Positions 17,096 through 25,098 of a stretch of 25,100 nt of DNA are shown in pieces. The notes under the pieces are model-generated. The model searched no databases. It was not told where the DNA came from and was given only the letters and a program-made list of their open reading frames with translations. Source of the stretch: a virus (taxonomy: Duplodnaviria > Caudoviricetes). The position numbers and the translations under genes are program-made. The stretch lies in the IMG/VR virus record IMGVR_UViG_3300017733_000043, positions 1 through 25,100 of that record; one strand, written 5' to 3'. Positions within the stretch are counted from its first letter, which is position 1. The number at the start of each line of letters is the position of its first letter.

Positions 17096-17440
17096 TCAGA
17101 ACTCGTAAACAAATCCAATTTTAGTGCCAAAGAGATTGTCAATATCTGAGGTCATAAAAGATGCCTCAGCATATGCGGACACACTATCGAAGAGATCGGC
17201 CGATCCTCCAACTTTGCCTGACAATTCAAGCTCAGTGTCACCATTATCAGGGGCAACGATTGCAGGCCCTGCCTGAATATACCAGTTGTCCTTTTTGTAA
17301 CCAACGTGGTTGTCGATGACAGTGACACCATAATCAGAACCGGCAAAACTAGAGTTGGCTTCGACGTTCAAATATGGTCCTGCAGTGGCAGGAGCTGTAA
17401 CAGCAATAAGTGCTGCGGGAAGGAAAGCAATGGGTTTCAT
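17096..17440 (-). CDS. Secreted small outer-membrane beta-barrel-like protein (picocyanobacterial-type family)
   Basis: True start is probably MKPIAF at 17440. It has a signal peptide ending ATA, alternating amphipathic strands (YLNVEAN, HVGY, WYIQAGP, ELSGKVGG, SAYAEASF) and a C-terminal KIGFVYEF beta-signal. Confidence 0.75.
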   Translation of the reverse strand: MKPIAFLPAALIAVTAPATAGPYLNVEANSSFAGSDYGVTVIDNHVGYKKDNWYIQAGPAIVAPDNGDTELELSGKVGGSADLFDSVSAYAEASFMTSDIDNLFGTKIGFVYEF

Positions 17441-17441
17441 G

Positions 17442-17597
17442 TTAAGCGTAGCGTTTTTTAGCGGTTTTGGCAGCACGTTTGAAGTTGCTGGCAGTCGGTG
17501 CTTTTTTAGAGCCCGGCGTCCTCATCTTCTCCCCACTGCCTGCGGCGATACGACGCCGCTTAGCGTGGATGTTAGCGTAGAGTCCAGGTTTAGCCAT
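17442..17597 (-). CDS. Small basic hypothetical protein (51 aa)
   Basis: Manual translation: MAKPGLYANIHAKRRRIAAGSGEKMRTPGSKKAPTASNFKRAAKTAKKRYA*. Resembles a small protein I recall from marine phages; packed tightly between its neighbours. Confidence 0.8.
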   Translation of the reverse strand: MAKPGLYANIHAKRRRIAAGSGEKMRTPGSKKAPTASNFKRAAKTAKKRYA

Positions 17598-17805
17598 ACT
17601 TTTTTTTAGATTTCTTTTTTGCTAAAGGAAGCTGTGGTCCTGTCCGACGAAGAAAAGTATCTTTTTCGTTAGAGTTGTCAGTGCTTTTGCCTTTGTTGTA
17701 GATCTTCTGTTTCTTCTGTGCACCTTTGTGGCCTGGGCCAATATCAAAGGACTGTGAAACAAAATTACTATTAAAAGCTTTTTGGTCAACGCGATGCTTT
17801 TTCAT
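17590..17805 (-). CDS. Small basic hypothetical protein (71 aa)
   Basis: Lys-rich ORF whose ATG overlaps the upstream TGA (TGATG); its end overlaps the next start by 8 nt. Confidence 0.7.
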   Translation of the reverse strand: MKKHRVDQKAFNSNFVSQSFDIGPGHKGAQKKQKIYNKGKSTDNSNEKDTFLRRTGPQLPLAKKKSKKKYG

Positions 17806-17969
17806 CAGCCCATACCCCGACGACGGCGTAGTGCTTTAAAGTCAGCACCGTCAATCTTCATTTTGTTGCCAGCCATGCCAGCAATCTTCTGTTGCTTAGT
17901 TGACAGTTTTTTATTTTTCTTTTTAGGGCGACCCACTTTGGAGCCGTATGTTCCAGGTCCGTCAGGCAT
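17805..17969 (-). CDS. Small basic hypothetical protein (54 aa)
   Basis: Manual translation: MPDGPGTYGSKVGRPKKKNKKLSTKQQKIAGMAGNKMKIDGADFKALRRRRGMG*. Starts 2 nt after the scaffold stop and fills the gap exactly. Confidence 0.75.
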   Translation of the reverse strand: MPDGPGTYGSKVGRPKKKNKKLSTKQQKIAGMAGNKMKIDGADFKALRRRRGMG

Positions 17970-17971
17970 AG

Positions 17972-18727
17972 TTAAAAATCAATGTCAGATAGTTCGAGCT
18001 TACGCATAATGTCGTTCCTGTATGCAGCGTCACGCTCGTAACGAGGATCGTTCATAGCATTGACAAGTTCAGCTTGACTACGGAAACTATCAGCAGAATC
18101 CGTGGCAGCACGTCCTTGTATCAGCTCGCCTTCAGTACCGATTGAATCTTGGTACCGAAGGGCGAGTGCTTGGATGGCAAAGAAAGCAGCTTCAGTGTTT
18201 CCACTGTCCATAATCGCATCATACATATTAATCTCTTGTTCGGAAAAATTATCTTTTGCCCAACCAAGTAGATTACCGTATTGCTGGTCACCACCGACCA
18301 TGCCTTTAAGCTGCGTTGCAGTCTCTTCGGTCATAGGTTCAGCTGCATTTTCTTCCATCTGACGACGGTAGTCAAGGTGCATTTGTGCCAGTTCAGTTGG
18401 ATCTGCATTACTAATTTCGTCCAGGATGTCATCACTAAACTCGTTGTTTAGCTCACCTTCCCAAAGACGATCAAACAAATCACTGTCGATTTCTTCAGTC
18501 TGCTGCTCATCTTCTACTTGTTCTTCTGACTCTTCATCATCAGTACCAAGTTTTTTTTGCAGTTCAAGGTATGCAGACTCAAGTTCTTCTGCGTTCTTAT
18601 ATTTGCCAGCCAGCATTTGTTCATGCTGTGCCTCTAGTTCTTCGCCTACTTGTAGAGATTCTTGTTCATCTGCATTAAGTTCACCCGGACCATTTTCTTC
18701 CGGGATCATAGACATTACTTCAGCCAT
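17972..18727 (-). CDS. Capsid assembly scaffolding protein (T7 gp9-like)
   Basis: Very acidic; LAGKYKNAEELESAYLELQKKLG and FRSQAELVNAMNDPRYERDAAYR motifs; follows the portal gene. Confidence 0.93.
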   Translation of the reverse strand: MAEVMSMIPEENGPGELNADEQESLQVGEELEAQHEQMLAGKYKNAEELESAYLELQKKLGTDDEESEEQVEDEQQTEEIDSDLFDRLWEGELNNEFSDDILDEISNADPTELAQMHLDYRRQMEENAAEPMTEETATQLKGMVGGDQQYGNLLGWAKDNFSEQEINMYDAIMDSGNTEAAFFAIQALALRYQDSIGTEGELIQGRAATDSADSFRSQAELVNAMNDPRYERDAAYRNDIMRKLELSDIDF

Positions 18728-18729
18728 AG

Positions 18730-20301
18730 TTAGGTGGGTAGATCTTCTTCAGGTGGTTGTTGTGCTGCTTGTGGATTCTTTGTTGGATCCATCATTGGCG
18801 TTTTCATTGCATCAACGCTAAGCTTCTGTTGTTCAAGAAGCATTTGTTGTTGCATTGCTTGCTGACGTTCACCTTGTACTTCTGCCATAGAACGTACAAG
18901 ATTCAGTACATCAATACCTTGCGATGCAGCTAAACGTTTGATGACTTCATCAGTGTTAATAAATTGTGCAATAGCCTCAGGTCCTACAGTCTGTGCCAGT
19001 GTTGTCAAGAACGAACCAAGGCTTTCACGATCTTGGCCGCGGCCTAGTGCATTGACACCTGCAACAATAGTAGGTTTGACAATGTTTTTAGGAATGCGTG
19101 GGATTTCACCCTTACGCTGTGCTTCACTAAGTTTACGATTTAGGTACGGAACAAGGAAATCAACAGTCAGCAAACTGAACAGTCCACCAAGTTGTTTTTC
19201 CAATTCCATTTGTGTCATACGTACTTCTTCTGCAGTTGTACGTTCTGACTGTCTGACGTTAAGAATTAGAAACGCTTCACTAAGACGACGTTCTAATACT
19301 TGTGTCATTTCAAATGCAGTTCGGAAGTCTGCAGTCTTACCAACTTGCACAACACCTACATCATCAGGACGACCCTGAATGATTGCACCGTTACCTGCAG
19401 CAGCAAGGGTGCTAGGTTTAGTTGTACTAGAAGGGCTGACAGTAAATACAACCTTAGCGGCTGCTGCACTGCCTTCTACCAAAGCTTGGCTAAGACCTTC
19501 CAACGATTTAAGGTCACCAATAAATTGACCAACTCTGCCACGTCCATAGCTTTCACCATCGACTGTGTTGAATCTAAGGGCAATCCAAGGCGTGTTGTTG
19601 AGTGGTGATTTACCTTGTGAACCTTTAATGATTTTGTCAGATACCTCTTGGTGCCAAACAAAACGGTTGTTGTCACGCTTGACATGTGTGTAGACATCAA
19701 TGTCATCAGCGTATGATCCATCTTCACTAACACTTTTTCTGTCAGCAAAAAAATCTTTAGGTAATTGATCCCGAAGGATTTGTTTTGAAATACGTTCTTT
19801 TGTAATTATTTCAACTACTTGACCGTTGCCGTCCCGATCCACAACGTAGCGATTCAAAGGATAGACTTTTAATCCATTCTTGCTCATAAAGATCATAGCG
19901 TTTCCTGCTACAACCAAATGCAACAAAGCCTGATGCACCGCAACACGGTCATCAGACGCTGCAATTGATTCAAGAATAATACGCTCAATCTTTGCAAAAG
20001 ACAAATCAAGTTCGGATTTAACTTGTGGTCCGAAGTCTCGACCCAGCTGACTTTCATCAAGCTGCAATTTAAAGAAACTGGTTTGTACAGGGAGTAGAGC
20101 CAACATCAACGCAGATGCCAGCGCAACACAACCCTTCGCCCCAACGCTTTGGTAAGGTGTCTTAAGTTGTTTCATGCCCATGGTATATTCTTCATGACCA
20201 CGAATCAAGTATGGAAGTGTCAGTTCTGATGCTTGACGTGCTTCTTCAAGAAACTGGGAACGATCGCTAGTTAAATAATCATATCGTGTACGTGCTGACA
20301 T
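18730..20301 (-). CDS. Head-to-tail connector / portal protein (T7 gp8-like)
   Basis: 523 aa; QSVGAKGCVALASALMLALLP, DGESYGRGRV and ERTTAEEVR motifs. Confidence 0.97.
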   Translation of the reverse strand: MSARTRYDYLTSDRSQFLEEARQASELTLPYLIRGHEEYTMGMKQLKTPYQSVGAKGCVALASALMLALLPVQTSFFKLQLDESQLGRDFGPQVKSELDLSFAKIERIILESIAASDDRVAVHQALLHLVVAGNAMIFMSKNGLKVYPLNRYVVDRDGNGQVVEIITKERISKQILRDQLPKDFFADRKSVSEDGSYADDIDVYTHVKRDNNRFVWHQEVSDKIIKGSQGKSPLNNTPWIALRFNTVDGESYGRGRVGQFIGDLKSLEGLSQALVEGSAAAAKVVFTVSPSSTTKPSTLAAAGNGAIIQGRPDDVGVVQVGKTADFRTAFEMTQVLERRLSEAFLILNVRQSERTTAEEVRMTQMELEKQLGGLFSLLTVDFLVPYLNRKLSEAQRKGEIPRIPKNIVKPTIVAGVNALGRGQDRESLGSFLTTLAQTVGPEAIAQFINTDEVIKRLAASQGIDVLNLVRSMAEVQGERQQAMQQQMLLEQQKLSVDAMKTPMMDPTKNPQAAQQPPEEDLPT

Positions 20302-21113
20302 TATACATTGAGTGAAGAAATTTTCATGAAGCGATCACCAGCCCGACCAAAGGTGCCACGAAGACCTCCACGTTGCAGTTGCTGCTGAGTTGCACCACCA
20401 GTACCACGATTAGCAAACCTAATTCCCTCTACTTGCTGACGTGGACCCTGTGCTGCCAAAGCCTGCTGGAAAGAACCTTGCATTTCTTGCATCGCTGCTG
20501 CGGATGCAGCACGTTCTTGCTCCATCTGTGATTGCAAAGTTCCTAGTTGATTTTGGAAACCAGCAGTCAAACCAGCTATTTGACTATTAAGGTTACCAAT
20601 TTGACTTTCAAAACCACTAGTATCAAACGCCGGTTGTTGTTGCTCCGCCGGTTGTTGTTGCTCGTTTTGTGGTATGTACTCTGGAATATTTGATGTAACA
20701 GTATTCCCATCCTGTTTTGATTTTGATCGTTTTTTAGTTTGTGACTTACTTGGTTGACTGCTGGGTTGATTGGCTAGTGCACGTGCTGCACTACCTTTAA
20801 TTTTTAGTGGTTCAAATGTAGGTCTTGAAGCAGCAGGATTCCTAACCTGAGTTCGATTAGATCTACTATCAAACCCTCTAGCTGCTTCTCTGTAATCACC
20901 GATGTTTTGGTTCTGAATTGCTAGAAGACTGATACCTTTTTTTGCAGCTTTCTGACCTTCTTCTTGACTAATCTTACCGTCTGAACTAATCTTGCTGATA
21001 AATTTCTGACGCTTGTATTTTTTTGGGTCACTTTTTTTGAGACTTTTACTTTTCTGTGTCCGCTGATAGTCAGCAATTATGTTGTTAGATGAGTAACGGG
21101 TTTTTTTAGCCAT
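20301..21113 (-). CDS. Hypothetical (probable virion) protein in the gp6.7/7.3 position
   Basis: Likely start MAKK at 21113, overlapping the upstream stop (TAATG). Basic N-half, Gln-rich coiled coil, C-terminal GTFGRAGDRFMKISSLNV; its stop overlaps the portal ATG. Confidence 0.75.
   Translation of the reverse strand: MAKKTRYSSNNIIADYQRTQKSKSLKKSDPKKYKRQKFISKISSDGKISQEEGQKAAKKGISLLAIQNQNIGDYREAARGFDSRSNRTQVRNPAASRPTFEPLKIKGSAARALANQPSSQPSKSQTKKRSKSKQDGNTVTSNIPEYIPQNEQQQPAEQQQPAFDTSGFESQIGNLNSQIAGLTAGFQNQLGTLQSQMEQERAASAAAMQEMQGSFQQALAAQGPRQQVEGIRFANRGTGGATQQQLQRGGLRGTFGRAGDRFMKISSLNV
20628..20663. repeat. Exact 18-nt tandem duplication (EQQQPA x2)
   Basis: cgccggttgttgttgctc occurs twice in tandem. 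Confidence 0.9.
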
Positions 21114-21292
21114 TAGTTTTCCTCCATGTATTGAATGATCCACTCAACAACACTGCGTTGACCAGATCTGTACATAATTTTTTCTATTGTATCGTCAGGT
21201 GTTGGATTAGTAGGTGGGAAAGATTCCTCAAGTGCATGGACAAGACCCTGGGAGTTCATCCCCAGGACTTCAAGCATATTGGGGGAGGTCAT
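21113..21292 (-). CDS. Conserved small hypothetical protein of T7-like cyanophages (59 aa)
   Basis: Likely start MTSPNMLE at 21292; motif LEESFPPTNPTP...IMYRSGQRSVVEWI; usual position after the RNR beta gene. Confidence 0.75.
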   Translation of the reverse strand: MTSPNMLEVLGMNSQGLVHALEESFPPTNPTPDDTIEKIMYRSGQRSVVEWIIQYMEEN

Positions 21293-21986
21293 TGTTGCTA
21301 TGTTCAAAGAAAGCTGGAACTCGTGATGCTCGTGTAAAAGTAAGCTCAGGAGCTTTGCCCTCATACATCAGACGATCGCTAGAATCCAGCCAAAATTTTT
21401 TGTTTAAATATTTATCAGGGTTTGTTGCAGACAGCGGCTGCAGAACCCAGTTTATAGTTGCCTTCCTGAGACGATCAAGAGAAGGACTGATGTTATACCC
21501 CAGCTCGCTATGAACCAAACTATTGGCAGCCACGTGAATTTGTTCATCTCTGCTTATGTCTGCGGAAACTGTTCGCATTCCAGGGTCACCAACAGCGCGG
21601 AAGAGTGGTAGAAGAACGAAGAAAATTGCACGCTCAGCGACCATGGCCTTAGTGATCGTATGATCTGGATGCGCTGTCCAAGCATCACGTAACCGTAACG
21701 CTTCGGTCTCAGCTTTTTCATTAACCCCGTGAGCATTGGCAATGTAATTAAGTGCGAGATCATGTTTTTCCTCGTCTTTGACGTTGGAGAGTAGAAGTTC
21801 ACGCGCCAACGACGGTACTTCGGTAGCAAGAGCTTCATTGATAAACTCTCCCACAGGCAGTTCCATATGTCTGATGGCAAGGGCACGTTGTAATACTTCT
21901 TGTGCCCCCTCCTTTACTGTACCAGCAGTCGTCTGTACTGGTGTCCATGTTCTTTTTCGTTCGATTAGTTTTTGATACGGGTTCAT
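21270..21986 (-). CDS. nrdB: Ribonucleotide reductase class I beta subunit (ferritin-like, cyanophage type)
   Basis: Dimetal ligands E(LPVG), DEEKH, E(RAIF) and DEQIH, plus a C-terminal Tyr; ATGA overlap with the alpha gene. Confidence 0.85.
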   Translation of the reverse strand: MNPYQKLIERKRTWTPVQTTAGTVKEGAQEVLQRALAIRHMELPVGEFINEALATEVPSLARELLLSNVKDEEKHDLALNYIANAHGVNEKAETEALRLRDAWTAHPDHTITKAMVAERAIFFVLLPLFRAVGDPGMRTVSADISRDEQIHVAANSLVHSELGYNISPSLDRLRKATINWVLQPLSATNPDKYLNKKFWLDSSDRLMYEGKAPELTFTRASRVPAFFEHSNNDLPQYA

Positions 21987-23368
21987 TCTTGACAGTCACA
22001 TTGTGGTTCATTAGATGACTCCATAAATAGGTCTTCAAGATAATCGTCAATGTCTCCCTGCAAAGCAGCATAGACATCTGATTTGTCTTGTGTGTCCCCC
22101 ATTACTTGGAGTGAATAGTAAAGGGAGGTTTGCGAGGAATCTAACCACTCTTCAATAAAGGCTTCGTCATATGTAACGACATCACTCCAACTGTTGAAGC
22201 TATACCCGTGAAGAAGTCCCGTACGGTCAAGCAAAGACATGATGCCATCAGCAACACGTTTATAGTTTACCCAACCAACTTCTGAACAAATTTCTACATC
22301 ACCATATTCATATGTTTGGACACCGAAAGTGCCACTATCTCTGTCTACTGTACGTCCAACAGGCGGGGCGATTTCTGGTGTGCAAGTATAACCATCAAGA
22401 TCCTTGCTTCGATAACTGCAGGAGGCAGTAGGTGCAATAGCAAAGGCGCGTACCATATTATGAGACCTAGCCATTGCTGCGGCAGACTCGATACCAACGA
22501 CAAACTTAGAAACCAATTCATAGGCTGGTGTGCGTACCACTTCGCCTGCATTGTGCTGCTCCAAAGCAATGCCAAATTGCTCATAGGTTACTCCGTACCG
22601 CCGTAGGAGATTTGCCAGTCCAAGCATCCCAAGTCCGACTTGTCGGTCTGTTTCTGACGGTAGATATTCTCCTGAATCGCCAACGCCAGTTCTAGCATGG
22701 AGGGTACACAGCTCCGACATGCCCTGAACAAAAGCTCCTGGGATTTCGTCGAACTCACAGGCACCGAGATTGACGTGCTGCAGCAAGCATGTTCCGCGTG
22801 AGGGCAAATACACTTCCAAACAGACGTTGCCTCGGATCCGTGTTCCTTCTTTGTCATACTTTACTTTGTTTAACCATACATCTCCAGACTTAATAGCGAA
22901 GAGAAGTTTATCTTTAAATGTACATTCTTGCCACCATTCATCAGTAATGTTGATACATCGCTTGACCCAAGGCAACTCTGATCGTGAGACAGTAATGAAC
23001 TCAAGAGCATCACTGTGCCGGAGATCGAGGTGGCACACTATCGCGCCATTACGGTAGGTGCCCCCCCTCCTCAGGATCTCATTTAAGGTGCTGTAGATTT
23101 TGGCGAATGATACTGGTCCGCTTGCAACAAGCTTGTCATTTCCTTTTGTTGATTCCGTTCCTTTGGGTCGCAGTTCCGACAAGTGGACCGCGCAGCCTGC
23201 TCCATTTCGTAAAGCATAAGAAGCAAATCTCCAGCTTGCTTCGATTCCATCAGTTCCCTCCATAGAATCTTGGACGACAAAAACCGTGCACGACACCGGC
23301 AACCTAGACGTTGGGTTATCCAACCAAGATTGGACACGTCCCGTGCGAGAAATAAGTGAGGTGGTCAT
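21983..23368 (-). CDS. nrdA: Ribonucleotide reductase alpha subunit (compact, cyanopodovirus/siphovirus clade)
   Basis: PVSCTV, GNVCLEV (NxCxE), TCLLQHVNL, IAPTASCS, SLYY tyrosine pair and C-terminal CDC. Confidence 0.93.
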   Translation of the reverse strand: MTTSLISRTGRVQSWLDNPTSRLPVSCTVFVVQDSMEGTDGIEASWRFASYALRNGAGCAVHLSELRPKGTESTKGNDKLVASGPVSFAKIYSTLNEILRRGGTYRNGAIVCHLDLRHSDALEFITVSRSELPWVKRCINITDEWWQECTFKDKLLFAIKSGDVWLNKVKYDKEGTRIRGNVCLEVYLPSRGTCLLQHVNLGACEFDEIPGAFVQGMSELCTLHARTGVGDSGEYLPSETDRQVGLGMLGLANLLRRYGVTYEQFGIALEQHNAGEVVRTPAYELVSKFVVGIESAAAMARSHNMVRAFAIAPTASCSYRSKDLDGYTCTPEIAPPVGRTVDRDSGTFGVQTYEYGDVEICSEVGWVNYKRVADGIMSLLDRTGLLHGYSFNSWSDVVTYDEAFIEEWLDSSQTSLYYSLQVMGDTQDKSDVYAALQGDIDDYLEDLFMESSNEPQCDCQE

Positions 23369-23736
23369 TCGATAATAAGATCTTGCAAATTAGGTTCTTT
23401 ATAATTTGGTCCTTTTAGGACCTTCCCGTCAGGACGGTAGATTGGTTTGCCGTGCTCATCAAGTTTTGACATGTTTGAATCATGGATGCGGCACATTGCT
23501 TCGTCAAGATCCCATTCTTGTGATGCAGCAAATTGGTAGCAAACATATACAAGGTCTGCTAGTTCTTTCAGTTGCTCACAATCATCTTTCATGTGGTAAG
23601 CTTCATGGAATTCAGACCATTCTTCATCGATCAAAGATTTCTGAATCGAACGCTGTTCTTTCCCAGTCATCAAAATATATGCTGAGCGGAACTGTTCGGC
23701 CATCGTCATCAGGCTGCGATGAATGTAAGAGTTCAT
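23365..23736 (-). CDS. MazG-like / all-alpha nucleoside triphosphate pyrophosphohydrolase
   Basis: LIDEEWSEF...LKELADLVYVCY...IHDSNMSKL...DGKVLKGPNY motifs. Start uncertain; MNSYIH at 23736 chosen. Confidence 0.85.
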   Translation of the reverse strand: MNSYIHRSLMTMAEQFRSAYILMTGKEQRSIQKSLIDEEWSEFHEAYHMKDDCEQLKELADLVYVCYQFAASQEWDLDEAMCRIHDSNMSKLDEHGKPIYRPDGKVLKGPNYKEPNLQDLIIE

Positions 23737-23914
23737 TTTCAAGGTAGTGGATAGCTTTTTTAAGGTCTTCAACCTTTGTGTCAGGACTTTTGTAACCGGC
23801 ACGGCAAATATATTTAATAGCATTGCCGAGATGGTAACTGAGTTGTTGATCGCGGATAAAATCCCATACCTCTATGCTTCCTCGGATGTAGTGAGAAGGG
23901 GACGGCTGGGCCAT
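23624..23914 (-). CDS. DUF3310 protein (T7 gp1.7-like nucleotide kinase family)
   Basis: PSHY...IEVWDFI...LGNAIKYICRAGYK...EDLKKAIHYL is the DUF3310 signature. Confidence 0.88.
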   Translation of the reverse strand: MAQPSPSHYIRGSIEVWDFIRDQQLSYHLGNAIKYICRAGYKSPDTKVEDLKKAIHYLENELLHSSQPDDDGRTVPLSIYFDDWERTAFDSEIFDR

Positions 23915-24102
23915 TTTTTAACTAGGTTGGTAACAGTGTTTGCAAGGCAGAAGTTCTGCTTTTGCAGGGCAAGGTAAACAGTAATAATATCTTTTTTGTC
24001 AGCGTTTTTTAACAAGTCTTCAATCTGTCGAAGCTTGAACTGTTGCTCCATCGTCAGTTCGATTACTGGCGGTGGCGGGTAGCCATGGTATGACTCGTTC
24101 AT
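23872..24102 (-). CDS. nblA: Phycobilisome degradation adaptor NblA-like protein
   Basis: ELTMEQQFKLRQIEDLL...YLALQKQNF...NLVKKW matches the NblA pattern (L-S/T-x-E-Q-x-F helix-loop-helix, terminal K-x-W). Overlaps both neighbours out of frame; start uncertain (ATGs at 24114, 24102, 24051). Confidence 0.75.
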   Translation of the reverse strand: MNESYHGYPPPPVIELTMEQQFKLRQIEDLLKNADKKDIITVYLALQKQNFCLANTVTNLVKKWPSRPLLTTSEEA

Positions 24103-24790
24103 TGATGGCGTCATAGTCAGTATGTTGTAAGATTTTTGCAAGACGTGCATTCATCAAAGCTGTTTCTTCACCCAATTCTTTGGACTCAAAAGCTTTGACA
24201 ACTGTGTCCCATGTGTAACCATCTTTGTCTAACAAAGCAATAGCACGTTTAACGCCAATACCAGGAACGCCGCCATATCCATCTGTTTGGTCACCGGCAA
24301 GTGTTTGAATCAAATGCCAACGCATACCTTCCTCCTCTGTAACGTCAATGGTTTCATCAAGGTTGTATAGTTTGCCAGGGATTTGACGCATGTCTTTGTC
24401 TGGGCTGACAATGATGTTGCCAGGTTCAAAGGTTGCGTAGATACCCATAGCATCGTCGGCTTCTAGTTCAGGAATGCGAACTACTTTGTAACGTTGATCA
24501 AGTTTGTTGATAACTCGCCTATAACCACAAGGCTTTTTTCGATTACGGTGACCCTTGTAATCTGGGTAAATTTTTTTTCTAAAATTCTTAGAGTCACTAA
24601 AAAACAGAATCACTTCTGGCGTGTCCCACATAAAGTGCTGTTTGATCTTTGTCAGTTCACGCTCAACACTTTTCAGTGCTTCACTAAACCTGCTGATGAC
24701 AACAATAACGTCGTCACCCCAATCAATTTCATCCTCTGCTGCAGCACAGCATTTGTAGACAATAAAGTCAGCGTCAACTAGCAGTTTCAT
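24020..24790 (-). CDS. 5'-3' exonuclease (T7 gp6-like)
   Basis: LLVDADFIVY, YKGHRNRKKP, LEADDAMGI, SPDKDMRQIPG and GDQTDGYGGVPGIG motifs. Confidence 0.96.
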   Translation of the reverse strand: MKLLVDADFIVYKCCAAAEDEIDWGDDVIVVISRFSEALKSVERELTKIKQHFMWDTPEVILFFSDSKNFRKKIYPDYKGHRNRKKPCGYRRVINKLDQRYKVVRIPELEADDAMGIYATFEPGNIIVSPDKDMRQIPGKLYNLDETIDVTEEEGMRWHLIQTLAGDQTDGYGGVPGIGVKRAIALLDKDGYTWDTVVKAFESKELGEETALMNARLAKILQHTDYDAINERVIPWLPATASNRTDDGATVQASTD

Positions 24791-25098
24791 TTTTTAGAGT
24801 GGTACCAGGCAAAGAATTCGTCGCACTTAGCACGGCGACGTTCGTGCATGTAGGGATAGAAACGGATGATCAAATCGTGAATGTCTTTACGTCGGTGCAA
24901 AGACCAAAGACCATGAGGTTTGTGGTGTTCTTTGTCTGAAGGATATTTACGAAGACCACTAACTTTTCCGACGCAATTGATAGCTTCGTAAAATGACCAC
25001 AGAACATCCATGTCAGTCATTTTAACTTTCATCTCCCAACAATCACTTGATTTTTTATAAGTGAGACAACCTTCACCTTCGAAGATTCCGATAGCCCA
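24787..25098 (-). CDS. LAGLIDADG-family homing endonuclease (5' end outside the window)
   Basis: The frame stays open upstream of the tracked ATG and reads WAIGIFEGEGCLTYKKSSDCWEMKVKMTDMDVL...RFYPYMHERR; WAIGIFEGEGC is a LAGLIDADG motif. Its stop overlaps the exonuclease ATG. Confidence 0.8.
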   Translation of the reverse strand, partial: WAIGIFEGEGCLTYKKSSDCWEMKVKMTDMDVLWSFYEAINCVGKVSGLRKYPSDKEHHKPHGLWSLHRRKDIHDLIIRFYPYMHERRRAKCDEFFAWYHSKK

